NCBI GenBank assembly: GCA_965267575.1
Contig: OZ254086.1
Location: forward strand, 3,008,001 to 3,072,000
DNA: 64,000 nt
Reading direction: 5' to 3'
Origin: Calditrichales bacterium
GTDB lineage: Bacteria; Calditrichota; Calditrichia; Calditrichales; J004
Shown here: in pieces, positions 30,396-40,164 of the stretch
Layout: each line of letters begins with the position of its first letter
Position numbering within the stretch: position 1 is the stretch's first letter
Made by a program: the position numbers and the translations under genes
Notes under the pieces: model-generated
What the model saw: only the letters and a program-made list of their open reading frames with translations
Databases searched by the model: none
What the model was told of the DNA's origin: nothing

Positions 30396-31256
30396 CTACA
30401 AAAAAGTATAGGAAAGTCCCAAAGCCAGCGTCTGCTTGATCTGTCGTTTGTAATAAACGTCTTTGTCGTACAGGATGCGGTAATTGAAAGTAACGATCAG
30501 CAGCTCGGACAGGCTGGAACTAAGCGTATTATTCCAATTTATGTCCACTTCACTCAGTGCTTCCAGGTTGGAAAAAAACTCAATGTTGGATTCGTAAACA
30601 ATCCGTTCGCTGAGCTTCATATTAATGTCTGTTACCGATTCCAGGCCGACTTCGTTTTTAAAGGTTTCAGTTTTTTCGGTTGCCGGGTCGTCGGCGTAAG
30701 GCACGGGGTAATTGCGTGTGATTGTTTGCTTGAGGGCTGCACCAAACCGGGTAATAAAATGTTCCGACGGCCGCAGGCCAAAACCGCTGCTTTCAACGAG
30801 ATAAGCAGGATCAAACCAGTCGGAAACCGGGGTTTTTGTTTTGCCGCCTCGATCGTATTTGTAGCCGCGTGTAAACTGTGACTGAAAGGTAAGTGCCGTG
30901 TAGGGATTGGGATCCATGCCCAATTTGAAGGTGTATACGCTTTCAAGCTTCAGCTCATCGGAAGCTTTTCTTTCCATCTGACGGGCCACCTTACTTTTGC
31001 CGAAGTTGAGCTGCGCTTTATTGACCCAGCGGTATTTGTCCTCGTTTTTTTCAAACCGGCCCTTGATATTGATATTCCAGTTCCACGAATTGTTACCGTC
31101 TTTTTGCCAGTCTGTATAACGATTCTGTGTAAAGCTAAGTGTTCCTTTTAGCTGGTTTTCCCAGCCTTTGGGGGTAGTGTCCGCATTCCCGCCGGAAGCA
31201 TTGAGACAAAATACAAAAATAAACATCAGGAGAGCTACTTCCCTGTACAAAACCAC
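30396..31256 (-). CDS. DUF3078 family outer-membrane protein
   Basis: SFTQNRYTDWQKDG, C-terminal QIKQTLALGLSYTFL. Confidence 0.85.
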   Translation of the reverse strand: MVLYREVALLMFIFVFCLNASGGNADTTPKGWENQLKGTLSFTQNRYTDWQKDGNNSWNWNINIKGRFEKNEDKYRWVNKAQLNFGKSKVARQMERKASDELKLESVYTFKLGMDPNPYTALTFQSQFTRGYKYDRGGKTKTPVSDWFDPAYLVESSGFGLRPSEHFITRFGAALKQTITRNYPVPYADDPATEKTETFKNEVGLESVTDINMKLSERIVYESNIEFFSNLEALSEVDINWNNTLSSSLSELLIVTFNYRILYDKDVYYKRQIKQTLALGLSYTFL

Positions 31257-31354
31257 GATACGCTCCTTGTATCTATGTTATAACCTTAAAGGGGAAATTT
31301 AACGAAGTGAAAAAATTGCTGCAAACGGAAATAGGCTTTTAATATTGCTGGAAC

Positions 31355-31382
31355 AAAAAAAGGCGGTCCAGGAAGACCGCCT
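31355..31382 (-). terminator. Intrinsic terminator
   Basis: AGGCGGTC/GACCGCCT stem plus T-tract on minus strand. Confidence 0.8.
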
Positions 31383-31402
31383 AATAATTTGAAGGATATT
31401 TC

Positions 31403-32251
31403 TTACAGGAATGTATAGGAAAGGCCTACGGCCAGTGTCTGCTTGATCTGGCGTTTTATGGAAATATCGCTGTCATAATAAAGCCTGAAGTTGAAGCTCA
31501 CCTTGATCAGTTCGGAAACCTTGGCCGAGAAGGTATTGTCCCAGTTGACATCCACGTTCTTTATGGCGCTGATGTCGCTGAACAGCTCCAGTTTGCTGTT
31601 ATAGAGAATACGTTCGCTCAACGGCATGTTCAGTTCCGATACCGACTCGGCACCGACTTCGCTGCGCAGGTCTTCAATAGTATCCTTTGTATCCGGGTCG
31701 TTTGCGTAACCAAATTTCTTATCACTTATGGTTTGCTTAAAGGCCACACCAAGCCGGGTTTTAAATATGTCGCTTGGTTTGTACCCGGCGCCAAAGCTTT
31801 CTGTGATGTACAGAGGATCAAAAGCCGTGGATGTTTTTACCTTTGGCGTTACATCGTAGTTAAAGCCATCATCAAACTGGGTTTCCGCTCTTATGGCGGC
31901 ATACGGATTGATCAATTGGGTCAGTTTATAGGTATAGACAGATTCCAGTTTGATTTCATCAGCGGCTTTGCGCGCCGATGCATCGCCCACTTTGGTTTTG
32001 CCGTATTCAAATTTGCCGCTGTTGCTCCAGTTGAAGTGCGCTTCGTCCAGCTCCAGCGTGGCATTGATAAGCAGCGCCCATGTCCAGCTGTTTTCACCGC
32101 CCTGTGTCCAGTTGTCAAAAGCGTTCTGGGTAAAGTTCAGATCACCCACGACCTGTTTTTTCCAGCCGTATTTTGGCGCTTCCTCTTCCTGGGCCTGTGC
32201 CACAAGAGCGCCTGTCAAAAGAATCAGTAATACAGTTAATGTTTTTTTCAT
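31403..32251 (-). CDS. DUF3078 family outer-membrane protein (paralog)
   Basis: NFTQNAFDNWTQGGENS, C-terminal QIKQTLAVGLSYTFL. Confidence 0.88.
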   Translation of the reverse strand: MKKTLTVLLILLTGALVAQAQEEEAPKYGWKKQVVGDLNFTQNAFDNWTQGGENSWTWALLINATLELDEAHFNWSNSGKFEYGKTKVGDASARKAADEIKLESVYTYKLTQLINPYAAIRAETQFDDGFNYDVTPKVKTSTAFDPLYITESFGAGYKPSDIFKTRLGVAFKQTISDKKFGYANDPDTKDTIEDLRSEVGAESVSELNMPLSERILYNSKLELFSDISAIKNVDVNWDNTFSAKVSELIKVSFNFRLYYDSDISIKRQIKQTLAVGLSYTFL

Positions 32252-32276
32252 CGAATGCCTCCTTTAGTTGTGTCGG

Positions 32277-33104
32277 TTAGTTGGCTTTGTATTGGTGAAT
32301 ATCCATCTGCGGATAAGGAATCGAAATCTTATTGGTATCGAAGGCCGCTTTTACTTTTTCGATCATATCAAAATGTACAGCCCAGTAATTCGGTGTATCG
32401 ACCCAGGCCCTGACGGTAATGTCCACACTGCTGTCACCAAGGTTGCCTACGCGTACAAACGGCTCTGGGTCACCGTGGATGCGCTCATCTTGGCTGATGA
32501 TGTCTAAAATGATCTGCTTGGCCTTTTCGGCGTCGTCTTCATAGCCGATGCCAAAAACGAAATCGGCCCTGCGCCGCTCTTCCGTCGAATAGTTTATAAT
32601 TGAACCATTGGCCAACCCGCCATTGGGTATAATGATCGTTTTGTTGTCCGGCGTTTTGAGTGTGGTGTTCAGAACCTCGACCGCGTGTACGATACCGGAA
32701 TGGCCGCTTCCCTCAATGTAATCGCCCACCTTAAATGGCTTGAAAATGAGGATAAGCACACCGCCGGCGAAGTTGGAAAGACTGCCCTGCAACGCAAAAC
32801 CAATAGCCAGGCCTGCCGCGCCGATGACGGCAATAAAGGACGTTGTTTCCACGCCCAGCATGGAAATCACGCTTATAACGACAAGGACTTTAAGAATAAT
32901 GGAAAAGATGCTGGTCAGAAAACGCTGCAGCGAGCTGTCCATGTTCGATTTGTCCGTGGCTTTCTGAAAGCCATTGACGATCAGCTTAACAATCCACAAG
33001 CCGACAATAAGAACGACTGCGGCCGTAAGGATCTTTGGTACATAAAAAATGACCATTTCCAGGGCCTGGTTGTAATATTCCTGTAAGTTACCTATATCCA
33101 TCAT
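32277..33104 (-). CDS. mscS: Small-conductance mechanosensitive channel
   Basis: GAAGLAIGFALQGSLSNFAGG, KPFKVGD, IPYPQ. Confidence 0.93.
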   Translation of the reverse strand: MMDIGNLQEYYNQALEMVIFYVPKILTAAVVLIVGLWIVKLIVNGFQKATDKSNMDSSLQRFLTSIFSIILKVLVVISVISMLGVETTSFIAVIGAAGLAIGFALQGSLSNFAGGVLILIFKPFKVGDYIEGSGHSGIVHAVEVLNTTLKTPDNKTIIIPNGGLANGSIINYSTEERRRADFVFGIGYEDDAEKAKQIILDIISQDERIHGDPEPFVRVGNLGDSSVDITVRAWVDTPNYWAVHFDMIEKVKAAFDTNKISIPYPQMDIHQYKAN

Positions 33105-33586
33105 GCCTCCTTCGAGTTGGGTGTTGGTTTAAGAAATATTTTGCGGATCTCTTCTTTGCGGTAGGTGAAAATAGCGTTTACCTGGCGTTTTACAAACAAA
33201 CCGTGTGAAACTTTGCCGAGCAGGCCAAACGGCAAGGCGTAAACCACATGATCGGTCATATGCGTTGTGTTTTGTCCGGTGCCGCGGAACTCATGCAGGT
33301 GAACCCATTTTTGGTAGGGCCCGCGCAGCTGGCAATCCACAAAGCGGAAGGGCGGTTCCCATAAAGTGATTTCGGTAAGCCAGCGCAGGGGCACGTTATT
33401 CAGGCGCAGCTTGTATTCCAGCCTTGTACCCTGGCGAATATGTACGGATTTTGGAGTCAGTACGCGGAAATTAAGCCACGGCGGGGTAATGCGCTCCAGG
33501 TTAAACGCGTCGGAGAAGAACTCGAATACTTCATCGAGCGGTGCAGGGATCTCTGTTTGGGTTATATACCTGTATTCGTTACGCAT
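33101..33586 (-). CDS. SRPBCC family protein
   Basis: FFSDAFNLERITPPWL, FVDCQLRGPY..WVHLH. Confidence 0.88.
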   Translation of the reverse strand: MRNEYRYITQTEIPAPLDEVFEFFSDAFNLERITPPWLNFRVLTPKSVHIRQGTRLEYKLRLNNVPLRWLTEITLWEPPFRFVDCQLRGPYQKWVHLHEFRGTGQNTTHMTDHVVYALPFGLLGKVSHGLFVKRQVNAIFTYRKEEIRKIFLKPTPNSKEA

Positions 33587-33773
33587 CGGCAGTATTAATG
33601 CTGTTGTCCGGTCTTTTGGACACGGTTCGGTATTTTATCAGGCGCATAATTTCCTCGCGCTGGTCGTCTGTTAACCGGCTCCAGCGGGCGATTTCATCCA
33701 GCGTTCGCAAACAGCCGCTGCACAAGCCGCTTTTTTCATCAATCACACATACTTTAATACAGGGAGATTTCAT
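33579..33773 (-). CDS. DUF1289 family Cys-rich protein
   Basis: SPCIKVC...CSGCLRTLDEIARW. Confidence 0.9.
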   Translation of the reverse strand: MKSPCIKVCVIDEKSGLCSGCLRTLDEIARWSRLTDDQREEIMRLIKYRTVSKRPDNSINTADA

Positions 33774-33823
33774 TATTGGCCGCGTGAAAACAGGTTCTAC
33801 AAACTATATGGAAATAACTGACG

Positions 33824-35107
33824 TCACTTTTTGCGGGGGATGGCTTTACCGTGCGGATCGGTATCGGGATAGTCCAGCTTTTCTGCCAGGCGCTGCTTAA
33901 GCTCTTCATCGATAAAGTGTTCAATTTCGTCTGCCGGTCGGTGCAAATGATCATCCGGAATTCCAAGCCCGCTTAAGTAACTTTCCCACAATCGATGCTT
34001 CTGCAACAGGTTGCTGGCTAATTCTATTCCCTTGTCGGTCAAAGAAATGTAACCGTTTTGACGGGTCAATGCACCTTTTTTGAGCAGTGCTTCCAAAACG
34101 CGCATTTTTACGCGATTGCCGTCGGCGTTTTCTTCCGTGATCATCCGCAGCGGGCGGCCTTTTTCGCCGGATTGCTCGTAATTACGGATCAGGCCCAGCA
34201 GGATGTGGTCTGCGGCGATACGGTTGGAGAGCTGGTGGCGCTGACGGTAGCGTGACCACAATCCATTATGCGGCGCAATTATGAGCGAAACAGCAAAAAG
34301 AAGCCCAAGCACCGTGGTGATGCTGCCGGCTATGGAACTGTCCATGACCATGGCCAGGTAGTAGCCGCCGACAGCACCGGTAACTCCAATAAGAACGGAA
34401 AGCTTCAGGATTGTTTTCAGGTTGTCGGACCATAAGTAAGCCGCGGCACCGGGCACAATCAGCATGGCCACAACCAGGATGGCGCCAACCGATTCGAAGG
34501 AGGCAACGGTGGTCACCGAGACGAGCGCCATCAGGATGTAGTGAACCAGCGAGGCATTAATGCCGATGGCCATTGCCATGGCCGGGTCAAAGGAAACGAT
34601 CTTGAACTCTTTGTAAAACAGGCCCAGTACAAGAAGGTTAAGCAGAAGCACGGAGCCCAATATCCAGACCGGCCGCGGCCCGTAACTCTGTCCGGCAACG
34701 ATCAGCGTGTCCCATGGCGTGTAGGCAATCTCGCCATATAAAACGCACTCCTGGTCCAGGTCGATGTGGCCGGTGTAGGCGGAGATAATGATCACACCCA
34801 GGGCAAACAGGGCCGTGAAGACAATACCGATGGCGGCATCTTCCTGAACGCGCCAGTGGCGATGGATATATTCGATAATAAAGGTGGTGAGAACGCCGGC
34901 GACCAGGGCGCCAAGAAACATGGGCAAAATATCGCGGCTGCCGGAGAAGAGGTAGGCGACGGCGATGCCCGGCAAAACAGCGTGGCTGATGGCGTCACCG
35001 AGAAGCGACATTTTTCGCAGAACGAGAAAAGTGCCCAGCAGAGCGCAGGAAACGGCCACCAGAATGCCTGTCAGAATGATCCAGAATGAACCGCTCAACT
35101 CAATCAT
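33824..35107 (-). CDS. Mn/Zn/Fe ABC permease (TroD/MntD-like) fused to DtxR-like domain
   Basis: LGDAISHAVLPG; C-terminal KHRLWESYL...DHLHRPADEIEH...DPHGK. Confidence 0.9.
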   Translation of the reverse strand: MIELSGSFWIILTGILVAVSCALLGTFLVLRKMSLLGDAISHAVLPGIAVAYLFSGSRDILPMFLGALVAGVLTTFIIEYIHRHWRVQEDAAIGIVFTALFALGVIIISAYTGHIDLDQECVLYGEIAYTPWDTLIVAGQSYGPRPVWILGSVLLLNLLVLGLFYKEFKIVSFDPAMAMAIGINASLVHYILMALVSVTTVASFESVGAILVVAMLIVPGAAAYLWSDNLKTILKLSVLIGVTGAVGGYYLAMVMDSSIAGSITTVLGLLFAVSLIIAPHNGLWSRYRQRHQLSNRIAADHILLGLIRNYEQSGEKGRPLRMITEENADGNRVKMRVLEALLKKGALTRQNGYISLTDKGIELASNLLQKHRLWESYLSGLGIPDDHLHRPADEIEHFIDEELKQRLAEKLDYPDTDPHGKAIPRKK

Positions 35108-36387
35108 GTAGCGGCCTCCTGTCCTTGCGGTCTGATGATCCTTTCTACGTTTATACCCTGTTCACGCAGGATTTCCTCCAGGCGGGCGACGATATCCTCG
35201 GTCAGGATATGTTCGATGTTATCGGCCGGGGCATGGACATGGTCTTTCTGCAGGATATGGCGGTTAAGCAGGTAATGCTCCCACAGCCTGTGCGATTTGA
35301 TAATATGCAGCGCCTGTTCTTCGCCTTTTTCATTCAGACTAATATTACGATCGCGCAGTGTGATCCAGTTTTTTTTCTGCAGGGCGCGCAGGGCCGGGCG
35401 CAGGCGCCGCTCAAAAACGCCCAGGTAATTGGCCAGCTCGGTGATCGATATATTTTGCGGGTAAGCGTGCTGCTCGCGGATTTCATAATAGGCGCGCAGA
35501 ATATGCTGCATGTGCTGGCGGCGGCGGTTGTTGTAATGTCTTAAAAGGCGCGCGATAAGGCCTTTGCGCGGTGCGACAATGGCGGAGATGGTGAATATGC
35601 CCGTCGCTGTTAAAACCATAACCGGTCCGGTTGGAATGCGCGGTGCGGCGGCGCTGACGTATGTGCCGCTGATGCCCGAAATTATTCCGGCTATCATGGC
35701 CAGCACCAATACGAGATGCAGCTTGTCACTCCAGAAACGGGCGGCGGCGGCCGGTGTAATCAGCATGGCAGCGATGAGAATAACGCCCACCGCCTGCAAG
35801 CCGTTCATCACCGTTAAAACGATCAGCGCCATAAGCAGCAGGTCAATCCGCGCGGCGGGAAAACCGATGCTGCGGCAGTAGTCGTAATCAAAGATCATCA
35901 TTTTGAATTCTTTGTAGAAAAGCAGAAGCATGGCAACAATAAGCACGGTGATCACCAGCATCACCTGGACATCACGAGGCACAATGGCCGCCGCCTGGCC
36001 AAACAGAAATTTATCCAGACCGCTTTGGTTGCCGGCGGCGGTTTGCTGGGCATAAGTAAGAAATACAATCCCGATGCCAAAAAATACGGACAGCACCATG
36101 CCTATGGCCGCATCTGTTTTAATGCGCGTGCGGTTAACGATTAGCTGGATTACCAGAACACCGATCACGCCCGTCGCTGTTGCCCCAATAAGCAGAGGAA
36201 CGATGTCCTTGCTCCCTGTAATCAAAAAAGCGATCACGACACCGGGCAGGGCGCTGTGTGCCAGGGCATCACCCAGCAGGCTTCGCTTGCGCAAAACGGC
36301 GTAGGTTCCCAGCAAACCTCCGCTCATTCCAATCAGGATCATACCAAGGAGTATGTAGCGTAAATTAAAGTTGTCCAGACCAAGCAT
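35104..36387 (-). CDS. Mn/Zn/Fe ABC permease (TroC/MntC-like) fused to DtxR-like domain
   Basis: LGDALAHSALPG; C-terminal wHTH then SHRLWEHYL...DHVHAPADNIEH. Confidence 0.9.
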   Translation of the reverse strand: MLGLDNFNLRYILLGMILIGMSGGLLGTYAVLRKRSLLGDALAHSALPGVVIAFLITGSKDIVPLLIGATATGVIGVLVIQLIVNRTRIKTDAAIGMVLSVFFGIGIVFLTYAQQTAAGNQSGLDKFLFGQAAAIVPRDVQVMLVITVLIVAMLLLFYKEFKMMIFDYDYCRSIGFPAARIDLLLMALIVLTVMNGLQAVGVILIAAMLITPAAAARFWSDKLHLVLVLAMIAGIISGISGTYVSAAAPRIPTGPVMVLTATGIFTISAIVAPRKGLIARLLRHYNNRRRQHMQHILRAYYEIREQHAYPQNISITELANYLGVFERRLRPALRALQKKNWITLRDRNISLNEKGEEQALHIIKSHRLWEHYLLNRHILQKDHVHAPADNIEHILTEDIVARLEEILREQGINVERIIRPQGQEAAT

Positions 36388-36390
36388 AGG

Positions 36391-36510
36391 GTGTTAATGT
36401 GTTATGGTGTTAGTGTTCAGGTGTTCACGTTTTTTTTGTAACATATTCAGGACAAGACATTAATTCCCAATTCCAAATTCCCAATTTTTAATTCGTACTG
36501 CCCAATTCTA
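36391..36510. repeat. Two degenerate short tandem repeat tracts
   Basis: GTGTT at 36391/36399/36407/36413/36421; AATTNNN heptamers at 7-nt period 36462-36510. Confidence 0.7.
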
Positions 36511-37278
36511 CTGATTCCCCATTTCCCGGGCTACGGCCTGTGCGGCTTCGCTTAGAATGGTCAGACGCCCGCCGTAGGTTTTGTTCAGGTTGTCCTGGGT
36601 AAAAACCTTCTTTACGGGCCCCGCGGCTACGACGCGCATGTTCAGCATCATCAGCCAGTCGAAATAGGTGGAAACCGTTTGCAGATCGTGATGAACAACG
36701 ATGATCGTTTTTTCCTGTTTCTGAAGCTCCGTCAGCAATTGTATGATGGCGCGCTCGGTGGAGGCATCAACGCCGGCAAAGGGTTCATCCATCAGGTAAA
36801 TGCGCGCATCCTGGGCCAGGGCACGGGCCAAAAAAACCCGCTGCTGCTGCCCGCCGGAAAGCTGGCTGATCTGACGGTCGGCGAATTCGGCCATGCCCAC
36901 TTTTTCCAAAGAGGCATAAGCGATTTCCTTATCCTCTGCGGACGGCCGCTTCACCCAGCCGATGTGTCCGTAACGGCCCATCAGCGTAACCTCGAAGGCA
37001 CTTACAGGGAAATCCCAGTCTACCGATTCGCGTTGCGGAACATAGCCCACCAGAGAGCGCATCTCGCTGTAGGGTTTATCAAAAATCTTCACCCAACCCG
37101 ATGCCTTGGGAATCAGGTCGATCATTGCTTTTATGAGCGTGGATTTGCCCGCGCCGTTTGGGCCAATTACACCAACCAGCTTGCCCTCGGGAATTTCCAG
37201 ATCCACATCCCATAAAACCGGCCTTTTCTGGTAGGCCACGGTCATGTCATGTATTTCGATCGCTGTCTTTTCAGCCAT
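36508..37278 (-). CDS. Metal ABC transporter ATP-binding protein (TroB/MntB-like)
   Basis: GPNGAGKST, LSGGQQQRV, MDEPFAGVD, VHHDL. Confidence 0.95.
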   Translation of the reverse strand: MAEKTAIEIHDMTVAYQKRPVLWDVDLEIPEGKLVGVIGPNGAGKSTLIKAMIDLIPKASGWVKIFDKPYSEMRSLVGYVPQRESVDWDFPVSAFEVTLMGRYGHIGWVKRPSAEDKEIAYASLEKVGMAEFADRQISQLSGGQQQRVFLARALAQDARIYLMDEPFAGVDASTERAIIQLLTELQKQEKTIIVVHHDLQTVSTYFDWLMMLNMRVVAAGPVKKVFTQDNLNKTYGGRLTILSEAAQAVAREMGNQ

Positions 37279-37286
37279 GATTTTTC

Positions 37287-38207
37287 CTAATGCAAAGCTT
37301 CAACAAGTGTACGCACGTTATGGCGCACCATCCCAATGTACGTGTCGGCGCCGCTGCCGGGCTCACCCATGGCATCGGAATAAAGCGTCCCGCCGATCTG
37401 CACATCAAATCCGCGCGATTGCACGCTTTCCTGGACGGCTTTTATACTGCGCGGCGAAATACTGGATTCCACAAAAATAGCCTTGATCCGGCGCTCGACG
37501 ATCGTATTCACCAGGTCGGTAATGTCCTTTACGCCAAACTCGGCAACAGTGGATATGCCCTGCAGGCCAACAACTTCAATGTTGTAGGCTCTTCCAAAAT
37601 AGCTGAATGCGTCATGGGCGGTAACCAGCACACGACGCTCCGCGGGAATTACCCGAAGCGTGTCGCCAACCCAGCGGTGCAATGAATCCAGTTTTGCCAT
37701 ATAATTTTTATAGTTGGATGTAAAATAATCTGCCGACGTGCTGTCATACGCGGTTAAAGCGGACAAGACCGCGCCACCCGCCTCGCGCCACAGCGAAACA
37801 TCAAACCAGATATGCGGGTCGACCGTTTCACCATACTCCATAAGCAAGCTGGAGTCAACGGGCGCGGCAACTGCCACCACCGGTTTCGTGCGGTTCATTT
37901 TTTCAAAGATATCCACCATTTTGCCTTCCAGGTGCAGGCCGTTGTAAAAAATGATCTCGGCCCCGTTTAATCTGTTTATGTCACCCTGGCTGGCTTTATA
38001 CAAATGGGGATCCACGCCGGGCCCCATGAGGCCGGTAACATTCGCCCTGTCTCCGGCAATGTTTTCCACCATATCGGCGATCATACCGGTAGTGCATACA
38101 ATATCAATCATACCGTCATCTGCCTTTTGCGTCTGTTCAGAACAGGCCAAAATAAACAGCAATGCAATCAGAGAAACAATCCGTCTCATATTCATAAAAT
38201 TTTCCAT
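37287..38207 (-). CDS. Metal ABC substrate-binding lipoprotein (TroA/MntA-like)
   Basis: Lipobox ILAC, GVDPHLY, DPHIW, TAHDAF, YSDA. Confidence 0.93.
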   Translation of the reverse strand: MENFMNMRRIVSLIALLFILACSEQTQKADDGMIDIVCTTGMIADMVENIAGDRANVTGLMGPGVDPHLYKASQGDINRLNGAEIIFYNGLHLEGKMVDIFEKMNRTKPVVAVAAPVDSSLLMEYGETVDPHIWFDVSLWREAGGAVLSALTAYDSTSADYFTSNYKNYMAKLDSLHRWVGDTLRVIPAERRVLVTAHDAFSYFGRAYNIEVVGLQGISTVAEFGVKDITDLVNTIVERRIKAIFVESSISPRSIKAVQESVQSRGFDVQIGGTLYSDAMGEPGSGADTYIGMVRHNVRTLVEALH

Positions 38208-38222
38208 GTTTAGTGTTTGTAG

Positions 38223-38999
38223 TTATAAAACAACCTGCACCAGGATCATGCCGCAGAAGCCGGCGGTAAAAAACCAGGCCATCTTTACCGGTGTTTCTTT
38301 TTCCAGTGCTTCCGGTATCAATTCCATGATTACCAGATAGATCATGGCGCCGGCGGCAAAGCCCATCAGGATGGGCATAAGCGGCTGGAAAAACCACGAT
38401 GCCAGGCTGGCCGGCAAAGCGGCGATGGGTTGGGGCAGGCTTGTAAAAAAAGCAGCCCAGAAGCATTTATGTATCGAGGCGCCGGCTGCCCGCAGCGGAA
38501 TCGCCACCGCCAGGCCTTCCGGTATATTATGAATGGCGATTGCCAAAGCAATGTAATCGCCTATAGATGTATTTAACACTTCACCGGAAGCGTAGCCAAC
38601 GCCAACGGCCACACCCTCGGGGATGGAATGCACGGACATGGCAACGAAGATAAGTATCTCTATACGTTTGCCATATTTGCGCAGACCCGATTTCTCAAAA
38701 CGCTCAGGCTCCAGGTACACATGCGTCGCCCAGATAAACAGGGCGCCGGCCAGAATCCCGCTTATCACCGGTATCACTGTCCGCAATGTCATTTCGTTTT
38801 CGGTCATGGAAAGACCGGGTAGCAGCAGATTGTAAACCGAGGCGGCGAACATCAGTCCCCCGGCAAGCGCGTAGCCCAGTCCGCTGTGCTCCTTGAGTTT
38901 TAGACCCGGGAAGATCAGCGGCAGCGCACCCAGGCCGCAGGCAAAACTGGCCAGTATCCCCGCGACAAATGAATCCGTTACAATTCCGACCGGCATCAT
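38223..38999 (-). CDS. ZIP family metal transporter
   Basis: HSIPEGVAVG, AIAIHNIPEGLAV, ELIPEA. Confidence 0.93.
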   Translation of the reverse strand: MMPVGIVTDSFVAGILASFACGLGALPLIFPGLKLKEHSGLGYALAGGLMFAASVYNLLLPGLSMTENEMTLRTVIPVISGILAGALFIWATHVYLEPERFEKSGLRKYGKRIEILIFVAMSVHSIPEGVAVGVGYASGEVLNTSIGDYIALAIAIHNIPEGLAVAIPLRAAGASIHKCFWAAFFTSLPQPIAALPASLASWFFQPLMPILMGFAAGAMIYLVIMELIPEALEKETPVKMAWFFTAGFCGMILVQVVL

Positions 39000-39024
39000 C
39001 AGCTTCCGTTTTGATTAAGCAACA

Positions 39025-39076
39025 AAAATAACCATTAAATTAGATATGTCAAGTAAAAATTTAGGGCAATCTAATT
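39025..39076 (-). promoter_or_regulatory. Sigma-70-like promoter with DtxR/MntR-type box
   Basis: Minus-strand TTGACA (39052-39047) and AT-rich -10; TTAG-GGCAAT-CTAA (39061-39074) matches the TTAG-N6-CTAA core. Confidence 0.65.
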
Positions 39077-39089
39077 ATTTGTTATAAGT

Positions 39090-39123
39090 AAAAAAAAACC
39101 GCCCGTTTTAAGGGCGGCTTTTT
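39090..39123 (-). terminator. Intrinsic terminator ending the cytochrome conduit operon
   Basis: CCGCCC/GGGCGG stem flanked by A- and T-tracts. Confidence 0.8.
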
Positions 39124-39147
39124 ATGTCGTCTGTCTAACTCTGTTTT

Positions 39148-40149
39148 TTAATTGAAAACTTCAATTTTCCCGTTTATATGCAGGAATTTGTTAACAATGT
39201 TTAATTCGCTGTCCACAACGCGTCCATGGCAGCCGGCGCAGTTATCCAGCGAAGAGGCAATGTGACCTTTGGGCGGGAGACCGTGGCAGGAGCCGCAGCG
39301 GGCCTGATCCAGGCCGACAAACTGCCATTCGACTTTGGCATTGTTACCGGCCATAACGCTGTCCGTGTAGGCCCAGGGGTAAGCGCTTTCGCTCTTCTTA
39401 AATTCGAAACCGCCGTGGCAATACGTGTCGCTGCACGAGCCGCTCAAAACGTCATAGTGCGCGTTGCTTTTGCCGTTAAAGCTTGCCAGCTTGTTAAAGA
39501 TCACTTCAGCACCTTCACTATCGTCGAGGTGGCCGGCTGAAGTGAGTTCTGTTGGCGTGATGTGGCAGGTTTTACAATCGCCTTGCGAGAATGTGCTCCA
39601 GGTATCGCCAACCAGGTGCGGCTGGTGCGCGCCCACCGTTTTGAAGCGCGTGTCTGTGCGGTCCATAAGATCCTTAGGCGGCGCAGCATTGGCCATATCG
39701 CCGTGGCAGGTATTGCAGGCTTCCGGTCCCTTTTCGGCGCTGTGGCAAACCGTACAATCCTTATTGTCCACGCCTTCACCCATGTAGTCGTTGCCGTGGC
39801 AGCTCTGGCAGGCGGTAATGTCCCACTTCAGCATGGCAATAAATTCATCGTGGAAATTGCCGGAACCGGGATTGGCAAAGCCTTCCGGGTGCGGAAAGAG
39901 ATTATGGCAGCCGCTGCTGAAGCAGGAGACGTTGGACGTCCCGCCCTGGTAGTCTTGCCCGTGGCAGCTCTGGCAGCTTTCGATATTCAAACCGCCGTTA
40001 AGCAGCACCGACCCGTGGAAATTTTCCGAGCTTTTAGACACCCAGTTATCGGGGTGTGTCGGCACCGCGGTCGGTTCGTTTTTTTCAAGGCAGGCCGTTA
40101 CCAACCAGCCCAGCGACATAAGCGAAATAAATAATATTGTGCGTTTCAT
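39148..40149 (-). CDS. Multiheme c-type cytochrome lipoprotein, CxxxxCH/CxxCH type (9 motifs)
   Basis: Lipobox VTAC; 7 CxxCH plus CFSSGCH and CSDTYCH; C-terminal HINGK. Confidence 0.9.
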   Translation of the reverse strand: MKRTILFISLMSLGWLVTACLEKNEPTAVPTHPDNWVSKSSENFHGSVLLNGGLNIESCQSCHGQDYQGGTSNVSCFSSGCHNLFPHPEGFANPGSGNFHDEFIAMLKWDITACQSCHGNDYMGEGVDNKDCTVCHSAEKGPEACNTCHGDMANAAPPKDLMDRTDTRFKTVGAHQPHLVGDTWSTFSQGDCKTCHITPTELTSAGHLDDSEGAEVIFNKLASFNGKSNAHYDVLSGSCSDTYCHGGFEFKKSESAYPWAYTDSVMAGNNAKVEWQFVGLDQARCGSCHGLPPKGHIASSLDNCAGCHGRVVDSELNIVNKFLHINGKIEVFN

Positions 40150-40164
40150 GAGCTGTGTCCCGGT

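Noticed and set aside
36391..36510. CRISPR array
   Set aside because: Repeat units are 7-8 nt with no spacers and no cas genes
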